DNA of 24,000 nucleotides from positions 175,087 through 199,086 of the forward strand of contig CAUTJT010000002.1 in NCBI GenBank assembly GCA_963539215.1. The letters are read 5' to 3'. The stretch comes from an uncultured Streptobacillus sp. (lineage in GTDB: Bacteria; Fusobacteriota; Fusobacteriia; Fusobacteriales; Leptotrichiaceae). Of the stretch, positions 1 through 8,160 are shown piece after piece; positions within the stretch are counted from its first letter, which is position 1; every line of letters begins with the position of its first letter. The translations under genes were made by a program, and so were the position numbers. The notes beneath the pieces are model-generated. The model was not told the DNA's origin. It ran no database searches and saw only the letters and a list, made by a program, of their open reading frames with translations.

Positions 1-73
1 ATTTTTTTTATTTTTTTATTTTGACACTTTGTTCAAAGTATAAACAATCTTAAAAATTATATATATTTAACAT

Positions 74-1840
74 TTATTTTCTTTCTAAAATAACACAATT
101 ATAATTTGAAACTTCAAATAAATTATCTATTAATATATTCACATTATTTTTTTTGAAAGAACTAAATACAATTTCATATTCTCCACTTTCTAGTTCAAAA
201 CTTATAGCTTCATTCGAACTATTAACAAGTACAAATATTTTATCATCTAAAGAGTACATTAAACTTATATCATTAAATTGTAATAATTTAAATTTCTTCT
301 CTATTTCTTCAAAATTATTTAATTTAAATAAAGGATTTTTCTTTCTGTATTCTATTAATTCAGAAATATATTGAACATTTTCTTTGAAATTTTCAGCTCT
401 ATCAAAATCAAATTTATTTATTTCATCCGATAAATTATATGAATTTTCATGTCCAAATTTTGTTCTAAAGAACTCTTGACCTGCATGTAAGAAAGGTATT
501 CCTTGTGAAGTCATCACTAAAGTTGTAGCAATATTTTGCATTTTTATTCTATCAACTAAACTATCTTCAGAATTAGTTATACTAAAATGATCAAATACAG
601 TATTATTATCATGAGCTTCAACATACTGTATTAATTGATCAGGAGAAATATATCCCCTTAAATTAATACCACCTTTAATAGAGTTTATTAATCTATCATC
701 TGATTTACCACCATTTGCAAAACCTTTACCTAATTTTTCGAAAGTAGATCCTCTTAAGGTATCACGTATATCATCACTAAAGAATGAAATTCTTGGCATT
801 TTATAAGCATTTAGCTGATTTGCTCTTTGTTCTTTATCAAGACTTGTATTTAAGTCCCACCCTTCACCAAGGACTATTATTCCTTTATCAATTTCATCTA
901 ATTTTTCTCTTATCTCATTCATAGTATCAACATCAAGTATACCCATTAAATCAAATCTAAATCCATCAAGTTTAAACTCATTTGCCCAATAAAGTATACT
1001 ATCTACTATATATTTTCTTACCATAGGATGATCACTTGCTAGATCATTACCACAAGCACTTCCATTAGAAAATTCTCCATTTTCATAAAATCTAAAAGCT
1101 TCCTTTTGCATAGTTTTCCAAAGGCTATGACTCATAGCATCATACACATGATTATACACTACATCCATTATTACTCTAATACCATTTTCATGTAATACTC
1201 TTACCATTTCTTTTAACTCTCTTATCCTTACATAAGGATCTTTGGCATCTGTAGCAAATGACCCATCAGGTATATTGTAATTAACAGGATCATATCCCCA
1301 ATTATATCTTAATTCCGGATTATTTTCATCAACTGATTCATCGGAAAAATCATAAAAAGGCATAATTTGAACATGTGTAATACCTAATTTTTTTAAATAA
1401 TTTAATTGTTTATCTTCTATTACTCCTAAAAACTTACCTTTATTTACTGCATTTTGAGTAAAATCTCTAACTGATATTTCATAAATTATTGCATCCAATG
1501 GATTTTCAAAACTTTCCATTCTTTCAAAATTATCAATTTGAGTTTTATCTCTATCTATTATTATTCCACTACCACTATTTACTTCACAAGCTATAGCATA
1601 TGGATCAATTGTAATATATCTTTCATTTTCCGTAAATACTTGATACAGATATCTTTTACCTTCAAAATCTCCAGGTAAAACTTGTTGAAACAATCCTATT
1701 TCTTCAATTTTTTCCATACCATAAATTTTTTGTTCTATTATCAAGTCTACATTTATTGCATTAGGAGCATATATCCTAAATTCTGTATATTCTTTATTGT
1801 ACTTTACTCCTAATTCACCTTTGTGTATCTTATATTTCAT
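74..1840 (-). CDS. pulA: Type I pullulanase / alpha-1,6 debranching enzyme (GH13), apparently cytoplasmic (no signal peptide)
   Basis: 588-aa ORF. GH13 conserved regions are present: DVVYNH, GFRFDLMG, EGWD and YVEAHDN, plus the pullulanase-type YNWGYDP motif. The ATG at 1838-1840 lies 7 nt after AAGGTGGGA. It overlaps the malQ stop by 11 nt. Confidence 0.9.
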   Translation of the reverse strand: MKYKIHKGELGVKYNKEYTEFRIYAPNAINVDLIIEQKIYGMEKIEEIGLFQQVLPGDFEGKRYLYQVFTENERYITIDPYAIACEVNSGSGIIIDRDKTQIDNFERMESFENPLDAIIYEISVRDFTQNAVNKGKFLGVIEDKQLNYLKKLGITHVQIMPFYDFSDESVDENNPELRYNWGYDPVNYNIPDGSFATDAKDPYVRIRELKEMVRVLHENGIRVIMDVVYNHVYDAMSHSLWKTMQKEAFRFYENGEFSNGSACGNDLASDHPMVRKYIVDSILYWANEFKLDGFRFDLMGILDVDTMNEIREKLDEIDKGIIVLGEGWDLNTSLDKEQRANQLNAYKMPRISFFSDDIRDTLRGSTFEKLGKGFANGGKSDDRLINSIKGGINLRGYISPDQLIQYVEAHDNNTVFDHFSITNSEDSLVDRIKMQNIATTLVMTSQGIPFLHAGQEFFRTKFGHENSYNLSDEINKFDFDRAENFKENVQYISELIEYRKKNPLFKLNNFEEIEKKFKLLQFNDISLMYSLDDKIFVLVNSSNEAISFELESGEYEIVFSSFKKNNVNILIDNLFEVSNYNCVILERK

Positions 1841-3350
1841 CTTTTGTTCCCACCTTATTTAATCTTGAATAAGTCTTAGTTAAATCATAAATTTTTGAAC
1901 TCAAATCTTTAGTTAAACTTTCTTCTTTTATACGCCAAGACCAGTTTCCAAGTGTTGAAGGTCTATTCATACGTCCTTCATCTCCAAGTTCTAAAAAGTC
2001 TTGAATTTGTGCTATAGCCATATTTGCAACTGAACTCCATGCAGCTCTAATAAATCCTAAAACATAATCTTTTTCATCTGTTAAATATAAATATTTTTTA
2101 GCAAATTCTACTTCTTCTTTATTTGCTTTCTCAAACCAAGATTTAACAGTATCACTATCATGAGTTCCTGTATAAACAGCCCAATTTCTTTCAATTTGAT
2201 GAGGTATAAAATCGCTTTCATTATTAGGATCAAATGCAAATTGAAGCATTTTCATACCTGGAAATCCAGTTTTTTCTCTAAATTTAACAACTTCCACTGT
2301 AGTATACCCTAAATCTTCAGCAACTATTTTAATTTTTCCTAATTTTTCTTCTACTTTTTCAAAAAGTGCTTCACCTTCTGCTTTAACCCATTCTCCATTT
2401 CTTGCATCAGCATCATCTTTAGGTACAGCCCAATATGATTCAAATCCTCTAAAATGATCTATTCTTAAAACATCTACATATTTTAAAGTTTTTTCTATTC
2501 TATTTATCCACCATTTAAAATCTTCTTCTTTATGTTTTTTCCAATCATATATTGGATTACCCCATTTTTGTCCTCCTGCACTAAATCCATCTGGTGGACA
2601 ACCTCCAACCTTATCTTTTATGAAAAGTTCAGGATTTTTCCAAACCTCCATACTATCTGGAGCAACATATATAGGCATATCACCTATTACCTCTATACCT
2701 AAACTATTAACATAATTTTTCCAAGATAAATATTGTTCAAAAAATTTAAATTGTAAAAATTTATGATAATTTATTCTATCTTCTAATTCTTTAGTATATT
2801 TGTCTATAGCATCTTTTTCTCTATTCTTTATATCTCTAGGAAAAGATTCAAATGAAACATTACCAAAATGTTCTTTAAGAGCCATAAAAAGTGAATAATC
2901 TTCTATCCAATCAGAATTCTCATTTAAAAATTTTAAATATTTTTCATTAACTTTACTACTCTTTTTAAAATTTTCATATGCAATACCTAAAACTATATTT
3001 CTAGTCGTATAAATTTTACCAAAATCAACTCTTTCTCTATCAGTACCATAATCTAAGTCTTTAAAATCAGACTCTTTTAAATACCCTTCTTTTTCTAAAA
3101 TTTTAAAATCTATAAAATATGGATTACCTGCAAAAGATGAAAATGATTGATATGGTGAGTCACCATAACCTGTAGGCCCTATAGGTAATATTTGCCAATA
3201 ACATTGACCAGATTCTTTTAAAAAGTCTGCAAACTTATATGCCTCTTCTCCTAAATTACCTATACCATATTCACTCCATAGAGAAGATATATGCATTATT
3301 ATTCCACTTTTTCTTTCTTTGTTTATATCTTTATAATTATATTTATCCAT
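1830..3350 (-). CDS. malQ: 4-alpha-glucanotransferase (amylomaltase, GH77)
   Basis: 506-aa ORF with GH77 motifs LRIDHFRGF, VAEDLG and YTGTHDSDT. The ATG at 3348-3350 lies 4 nt after an AGGAG that overlaps the TAG stop of the upstream regulator. Confidence 0.93.
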   Translation of the reverse strand: MDKYNYKDINKERKSGIIMHISSLWSEYGIGNLGEEAYKFADFLKESGQCYWQILPIGPTGYGDSPYQSFSSFAGNPYFIDFKILEKEGYLKESDFKDLDYGTDRERVDFGKIYTTRNIVLGIAYENFKKSSKVNEKYLKFLNENSDWIEDYSLFMALKEHFGNVSFESFPRDIKNREKDAIDKYTKELEDRINYHKFLQFKFFEQYLSWKNYVNSLGIEVIGDMPIYVAPDSMEVWKNPELFIKDKVGGCPPDGFSAGGQKWGNPIYDWKKHKEEDFKWWINRIEKTLKYVDVLRIDHFRGFESYWAVPKDDADARNGEWVKAEGEALFEKVEEKLGKIKIVAEDLGYTTVEVVKFREKTGFPGMKMLQFAFDPNNESDFIPHQIERNWAVYTGTHDSDTVKSWFEKANKEEVEFAKKYLYLTDEKDYVLGFIRAAWSSVANMAIAQIQDFLELGDEGRMNRPSTLGNWSWRIKEESLTKDLSSKIYDLTKTYSRLNKVGTKDEI

Positions 3351-3357
3351 GTTACTC

Positions 3358-4353
3358 CTATCTATATATTATTTCACTTTCTACTACTATGTGATTATAG
3401 TTTAATTCATTTTCCTCTATCTTACTTGTAAGTAAATACACTGCCCCTTTAGCCAATCTATCATATTTAATATCAACAGTTGTAAACGTATAATTTAAAT
3501 AACTTCTTAATTTAGAATTATTAAATCCTGTCACATCCACATTTACTCCTAATTTTTCTACTGCTCTTATAGCACCTATAGCTAAAATATCATCGGTTGT
3601 TATTATAGCATCTATCTTATCTATATTTTTATGTTTTACAACACTATCATATGCTAAATCCGAACTAAACTCAGGAAGAGATAATATATTACTTTCATTT
3701 ATATCAATCTCATTATTTTTCAAAGCATCCATATACCCCTTTTTTCTATAAATAGAAACTGTCATATCACTAGGTCCTGAAATAAATAATATATTTCTTT
3801 TTCCTTTTTTTATTAAATTATTTGTAATATTAAAACAAGATTTAATATTATCATTATCTATCCAAAGTCCCCTAGTTTTATCATTAGGAGTCCCTATTAT
3901 CGTATATGGAAATGATATTTTTTCAAAATATGATATATGTTCATCATCTTCAGTAAAATTAAGAAACATCAAACCATCTATTCTATTACTTTTAATAAGT
4001 CTATATACATTTTCATATGCATCTTCATTATTTTCAAATTGCAAATACAATGTATAATATCCTAAATCTAAAGCATATTTACTAATAAAAGGTATTATTT
4101 CATTATAGTAATCATTTTGAAGTGGATTTTCTTTTTTAGCTGAACTTACAACTACTAGACCTAATATATTACTTTTACTTTTAGTTAAAGAAACAGCTGC
4201 AGAATTTGGGAAATAATCTAACTTTTTAACAACTTCCATAACTTTTTCTTTAGTCTTATCACTTATTAAATTACTATTAGACATAACTCTAGATACTGTT
4301 GCTTCGCTTACATTTGCAATTTTAGCAACATCTTTTATAGTATATTTTTTCAT
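3358..4353 (-). CDS. LacI-family transcriptional regulator, first gene of the regulator-malQ-pulA operon
   Basis: N-terminal HTH YTIKDVAKIANVSEATVSRVMSN followed by a sugar-binding-fold body. The ORF-track start at 4374 is a TTG whose first codons spell the RBS. I prefer the ATG at 4351-4353 (MKKYTIKDV), which lies 5 nt after AAAGGAG. Confidence 0.88.
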   Translation of the reverse strand: MKKYTIKDVAKIANVSEATVSRVMSNSNLISDKTKEKVMEVVKKLDYFPNSAAVSLTKSKSNILGLVVVSSAKKENPLQNDYYNEIIPFISKYALDLGYYTLYLQFENNEDAYENVYRLIKSNRIDGLMFLNFTEDDEHISYFEKISFPYTIIGTPNDKTRGLWIDNDNIKSCFNITNNLIKKGKRNILFISGPSDMTVSIYRKKGYMDALKNNEIDINESNILSLPEFSSDLAYDSVVKHKNIDKIDAIITTDDILAIGAIRAVEKLGVNVDVTGFNNSKLRSYLNYTFTTVDIKYDRLAKGAVYLLTSKIEENELNYNHIVVESEIIYR

Positions 4354-4387
4354 ATATGCTCCTTTCTTATGCAAGCACTTACATTAC

Positions 4388-4416
4388 AGTATACAATCAA
4401 ATCTTAAATTTTTCAA
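4388..4416 (-). promoter_or_regulatory. Candidate sigma70-type promoter for the LacI-malQ-pulA operon
   Basis: On the minus strand: TTGAAA (4416-4411), a 17-nt spacer, then TATACT (4393-4388). It sits about 35 nt upstream of the ATG at 4353. AT-rich background makes chance matches common. Confidence 0.45.
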
Positions 4417-4463
4417 CACTAATTTTTTAAATTTATTTTAGAAAATTTCATACTATTGTTAAC

Positions 4464-4501
4464 AAAAAAATGTTACTCTTTCAAAATTTACTAAAGTAAC
4501 A
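4464..4501 (-). terminator. Rho-independent terminator-like hairpin followed by a U7 tract
   Basis: On the minus strand: TGTTACT (4501-4495) pairs with AGTAACA (4477-4471), with a 17-nt intervening segment. The stem is extendable by a G-U and an A-U pair. TTTTTTT (4470-4464) follows immediately. It lies 250 nt downstream of the OMP stop codon. Confidence 0.45.
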
Positions 4502-4675
4502 ACTTATTTTTTATTCAAACAATCTTCAAAATATATATTTCTAACACTAATATTTATATTATATTTCTTAACTCTTATTATATTTTATTTAATTTCAACT
4601 ATTATTAAATAAAAATTATAAAACTAGATTAAATTTGACAACAAATATAATTAAATGTAAATTGTGAGTATATAA

Positions 4676-4729
4676 AAACATATACCTCCAAACTTTTAAG
4701 TATAATTATCAGTTCTTCAGTATATGTTT
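4676..4729 (-). terminator. 10-bp inverted repeat just downstream of the OMP gene, possibly a large-loop terminator
   Basis: On the minus strand: AAACATATAC (4729-4720) and GTATATGTTT (4685-4676) are separated by 34 nt and followed by TTATAT. It begins 22 nt after the OMP stop. The loop is long, so the call is weak. Confidence 0.3.
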
Positions 4730-4750
4730 CAAATTAAATTTTAGAATTTA

Positions 4751-7009
4751 TTACCAAACGTATTCAACGTTTAATTTACCTTTTCCTTCAACATTTCTTA
4801 AACCTTTATTGCTTCCTTCTAATGCAATTCCAAATTTAGCACTAACTTCAGGTTTGAATGTTACTTTACCATATTTAATTGTAGCATTAACACTTGGTGT
4901 AACATCTAAAATATGTTTAGTTCCATATGTAGTAAATCTTGCTTTTTCTTTATCTATATCTCTTTGATTTTTAGCAATATAGTCAACTACTGTTTTTTCT
5001 TTTGAAGTTTCAAAGTTATCTTTAACTAATCTATTCATTCCTTCTTTATTTCTTTCAAATTCAGTTTTTGATAAGTTATATAGATAATCTGTATCAAGTC
5101 CTGCTCCTATAGAGTAATTAGAATTTATAGCATATTCTACATTAGTTTTTAATTCAACTTCACCTTTATGTTCTTTAGTTAAATCTCCTTCAAATGGTTT
5201 AACAAAGCTTCCATAATATCTTCCTAATAATTCAGCACTTGTTGACCATGCTTCTTTTGTATATCCTAATTTAAATGCAAGTTCAGAACCTACATATGAA
5301 TTTTGCTTAGCCTTATTTTCAAAAGCAAATTTATCATCTTTACGTAATACCAATTTATCATATAGTCCAAATTCACCAAAGTTATCAAATCTAGTAGTTA
5401 AATCAAATTCTCCTAATTTTTGTTGGTAACTATTATTAAATACTACATCAACAAATTGGTTAACTTTAGGAAGTAAAGAATTTCCTGGATCTACATCTAA
5501 TCTATAACGTACATCTAATGCATTATTTAAATTAGATGAAGCATAATTAACTCCAAGTCCTGTAACTAATTGATTTTTAACTTTAGACATTCCATATTCA
5601 TTATTTTTAGCTTTAATTTCACCAAATTTAATAGCAAACTTGTCATCTAAAACTCCATTTACTTTAAATCCATTATTAAATCTATATTCTAATTTATTAT
5701 TTGTTTCAAATTCGTTGTATAAGTCTTTAACTACTACTTCTACTTCTGGTTTAAAGTAGCTTGGTTTTCTACTTGTTTTACCTTGTGCTTTTAATAAGTA
5801 TGTAGTATTTTTATTCTTAGTAAATGCAGTCCAATTAGAATTTTCATATTTAACATCAAATACTACAGATGGTACATGTAATAATAATCCTATATTTTCT
5901 TTATATATGATTTTTGATTTACTATCAGTAATACTCTTACCTTCTTTAAGAGGTATATTACTTACTTCCGCGTTATAATTTAATCCAAGTTTTACTTCAA
6001 GATCTTTAACACCAGTATATTTAAATTCATTTTCTACTCCTACTTTGTATGCTCTTTCACTTACAGCATTAGAATTTGAAGGTGTTTTTTCAAGTACTGT
6101 ATATAGATCAAATAATGGTTTAGTAGATACGCTAAATCCGTTGCTTTCTACACCTAATTTAACATTCCCTTTTAATCTTCCACCATATTTGAAGTTATTT
6201 TCTATACTACTATCATCAAATAATTTAGTTTCAACATCAGTAACTTTAACTAAATCTTTAACATCTCCTATTGTATGATCTAATTCACCTGATACATTAA
6301 ATATTCCTAATTGTGTTCCTGCTTTAACAAAATTTTCAACTCTGTTGTATAAAACAGGTCTACTTATTAAAGGTGTTCCATCTTGTTTTAAAGTTTCTCT
6401 ATTTTTTAAGTTATATATACTTCCTAATGAATAATTGAAGTTATCTGCTTTTCCATTTACTATAGCTGATAATAATAATTTATCATTTGAATTTATTGTA
6501 TATTTATCAGTTCCTACATTTTCTTCTTTTTCAGTTTCAAATACATATCCATTTTCTTTATAAAAATCTAATTTATCTTGCTCTTTATAATCTTGTTCTA
6601 ATTCTTTTCTTTTTGCATAGCTCCATACATTTTTTGCACTTAAGCTGTTTTTAAATGCTTCTTCAACTGCTAAATAATCTTTATTTTGATCAGCATATAT
6701 TGTATTTAAAATTAAGTTTGAGTTATTTCCTATTTTAGTGTCTACTCTAGCTCCTATATATGCTTGATTTTTATCTTTGTATTTTAATCCTGTAAATAAA
6801 GTTACATCTTTATTTTCATCTAAATAGAATCCTAAATCTAATTGTCCTTTTAAAGGTACTTTAGCTTTACCTAATTGTACATTTCCAGTACTATCTTTAG
6901 TAACTTCATTTTCAGTTTTTACTTCTCCATTAAATTTTAAATACCCTGTTACATTTGAGAATGAAACAACAGTATTTAGTGCCAATAATCCTAAAATATA
7001 TTTTTTCAT
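4751..7009 (-). CDS. Large outer-membrane beta-barrel protein (porin-like), family not recognised
   Basis: 752-aa ORF with signal peptide MKKYILGLLALNTVVSFS. Amphipathic beta-strand periodicity alternates throughout, and the C-terminal beta-signal ...GKLNVEYVW ends in an aromatic residue. RBS AGGGAGG lies 6 nt before the ATG at 7007-7009. A strong promoter sits upstream. Confidence 0.8.
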   Translation of the reverse strand: MKKYILGLLALNTVVSFSNVTGYLKFNGEVKTENEVTKDSTGNVQLGKAKVPLKGQLDLGFYLDENKDVTLFTGLKYKDKNQAYIGARVDTKIGNNSNLILNTIYADQNKDYLAVEEAFKNSLSAKNVWSYAKRKELEQDYKEQDKLDFYKENGYVFETEKEENVGTDKYTINSNDKLLLSAIVNGKADNFNYSLGSIYNLKNRETLKQDGTPLISRPVLYNRVENFVKAGTQLGIFNVSGELDHTIGDVKDLVKVTDVETKLFDDSSIENNFKYGGRLKGNVKLGVESNGFSVSTKPLFDLYTVLEKTPSNSNAVSERAYKVGVENEFKYTGVKDLEVKLGLNYNAEVSNIPLKEGKSITDSKSKIIYKENIGLLLHVPSVVFDVKYENSNWTAFTKNKNTTYLLKAQGKTSRKPSYFKPEVEVVVKDLYNEFETNNKLEYRFNNGFKVNGVLDDKFAIKFGEIKAKNNEYGMSKVKNQLVTGLGVNYASSNLNNALDVRYRLDVDPGNSLLPKVNQFVDVVFNNSYQQKLGEFDLTTRFDNFGEFGLYDKLVLRKDDKFAFENKAKQNSYVGSELAFKLGYTKEAWSTSAELLGRYYGSFVKPFEGDLTKEHKGEVELKTNVEYAINSNYSIGAGLDTDYLYNLSKTEFERNKEGMNRLVKDNFETSKEKTVVDYIAKNQRDIDKEKARFTTYGTKHILDVTPSVNATIKYGKVTFKPEVSAKFGIALEGSNKGLRNVEGKGKLNVEYVW

Positions 7010-7038
7010 ACTTTTCCTCCCTAACTATTTTCAAGTAT

Positions 7039-7067
7039 ATTTTATCAACGTTTTTTATTATTGTCAA
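7039..7067 (-). promoter_or_regulatory. Strong sigma70-type promoter of the OMP gene
   Basis: On the minus strand: consensus TTGACA (7067-7062), an exactly 17-nt spacer, then TAAAAT (7044-7039). It lies about 30 nt upstream of the ATG. Confidence 0.6.
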
Positions 7068-7124
7068 CTTTTTTATTTATTTTAGCCAAATTAGCTATTT
7101 TGTATATACAAATATATATTTTTG

Positions 7125-7153
7125 TAAATAAAAAGACCTCATTTCTGAGGTCT
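7125..7153 (-). terminator. Rho-independent terminator directly after the chimeric ORF / OMP-gene relic
   Basis: On the minus strand: perfect 8-bp stem AGACCTCA (7153-7146) / TGAGGTCT (7141-7134) with a 4-nt loop, followed by TTTTTATTT (7133-7125). It starts 11 nt after the stop at 7165. Confidence 0.8.
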
Positions 7154-7164
7154 AATCATATATA

Positions 7165-7458
7165 TTACCACATATATTCTACGTTTAATTTACCTTTAAC
7201 TTCAATATTAGTTAATCTAAATAAATCAGATTTTAATCCAAATCCAAATTTAGCACTAACTTCAGGTTTAACTGTTACTTTACCATATTTTAATTCAGCA
7301 TTTACTTTAGGTATTACATCTAATATATGTAAGTTGCTATCTTCCAATCTTGTTAATTCTTTAAGAATATCTTTTGGTTTAGCGTAGATATAATCCTCTA
7401 CTGATTTTTCTACTGAAGTTTTGAAGTTATCTTTCATCAATCTGTTGATTCCTTCTTC
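7165..7458 (-). repeat. Diverged duplicate of the 3' end of the OMP gene (counterpart at 4751-5047)
   Basis: The two copies are collinear in nucleotide and protein sequence from the stop codon upward. A 27-nt identical run (tccaaatttagcactaacttcaggttt on the plus strand) sits at 4829-4855 and 7243-7269, 78 nt from each stop. Similarity is lost near 5047 / 7458. Confidence 0.8.
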
Positions 7459-8028
7459 AGTAGAATCATCATTTTCTATATATTTTGAATCTCTTTTTAC
7501 CCTATTTTGAACGTGTTGATAAACTATTTTTATATCTGATATCTTATAATTTCTATAATCCTGACATTTATAACAATAACAGAATAAATAAGATCTACCT
7601 TCTTGTTCGTATGCTTTTATAAAATAAGGATCAACTCTTCTTACTTTACCATGATATTTTATACTTATTTGTTTTTCAAAATTGATTGCATTTTCTATTG
7701 GAGAAAATATATCTTGAAAAATTATTTTCTCTCTTGTAGTCCTCAAATTATTTATATAATTAATAAATAAACTTCTGATAAAATCAGAGATCGTTTCAAA
7801 TTCTCTTCTTTTTAATTCATCCATAAATATATCATCATTATATTTATCTAAATTAAACTGTAATATTTTAGTCGTTTCTCTTTCAAAATTAATAGAAATT
7901 ATTTTTTTATCTAAATAATATTTGAAAATTCTATTCCCTATACCTCTAGCTTCTATATCAAAATAATCAGAATCTGAAATAATAATATTGTGAACAAATT
8001 CTAGCAAATTTGATCTTACTTTAATCAT
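7165..8028 (-). CDS. Chimeric ORF: RHH-like plus WYL-like domain protein fused in frame to a C-terminal fragment of an outer-membrane protein paralogue (probable fusion/pseudogene)
   Basis: The preferred start is the ATG at 8026-8028 (MIKVRSN), after GAGAGG. The ORF-track start at 8043 is a TTG. ILQFNLDKYNDDIFMDELKRREFETISDFIRSLFINYINNL fits a strand-helix-helix (RHH/CopG) pattern. ISIKYHGKVRRVDPYFIKAYEQEGRSYLFCYCYKCQDYRNYKISDIKIV fits the WYL-domain pattern. The last 96 aa align collinearly with the last 97 aa of the 752-aa OMP. There is no signal peptide. Confidence 0.55.
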   Translation of the reverse strand: MIKVRSNLLEFVHNIIISDSDYFDIEARGIGNRIFKYYLDKKIISINFERETTKILQFNLDKYNDDIFMDELKRREFETISDFIRSLFINYINNLRTTREKIIFQDIFSPIENAINFEKQISIKYHGKVRRVDPYFIKAYEQEGRSYLFCYCYKCQDYRNYKISDIKIVYQHVQNRVKRDSKYIENDDSTEEGINRLMKDNFKTSVEKSVEDYIYAKPKDILKELTRLEDSNLHILDVIPKVNAELKYGKVTVKPEVSAKFGFGLKSDLFRLTNIEVKGKLNVEYMW

Positions 8029-8133
8029 AACAATGCCTCTCAACGATTTAATTCTTGTATAAATTTCACCATTTTACCCTTTTATAAACAAGGAATGATT
8101 CATTTAAATAAATATTACCTTTTAAAATTTTAT

Positions 8134-8160
8134 ATCCTTATTAAAAAAGGATTTTTTTTA
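8134..8160. terminator. Hairpin plus T8 tract in an ORF-free gap. The terminator-like orientation is the plus strand.
   Basis: ATCCTT (8134-8139) pairs with AAGGAT (8147-8152) across a 7-nt loop, followed by a T8 run (8152-8159). The stem is only 6 bp. No plus-strand gene is visible upstream. Confidence 0.3.

Noticed and set aside
4751-7009. TonB-dependent receptor (SusC-like) interpretation of the 752-aa OMP, suggested by its size
   Set aside because: Beta-strand repeats begin immediately after the signal peptide. No TonB box or plug-domain motifs are recognisable, so only a generic beta-barrel call is supported.
7061-7387. 108-aa plus-strand ORF spanning the OMP promoter, the terminator hairpin and the OMP relic
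   Set aside because: It reads through a minus-strand promoter and terminator and runs antisense to the conserved OMP-tail coding sequence. It has no RBS, and its hydrophobic low-complexity translation looks like a frame artefact.
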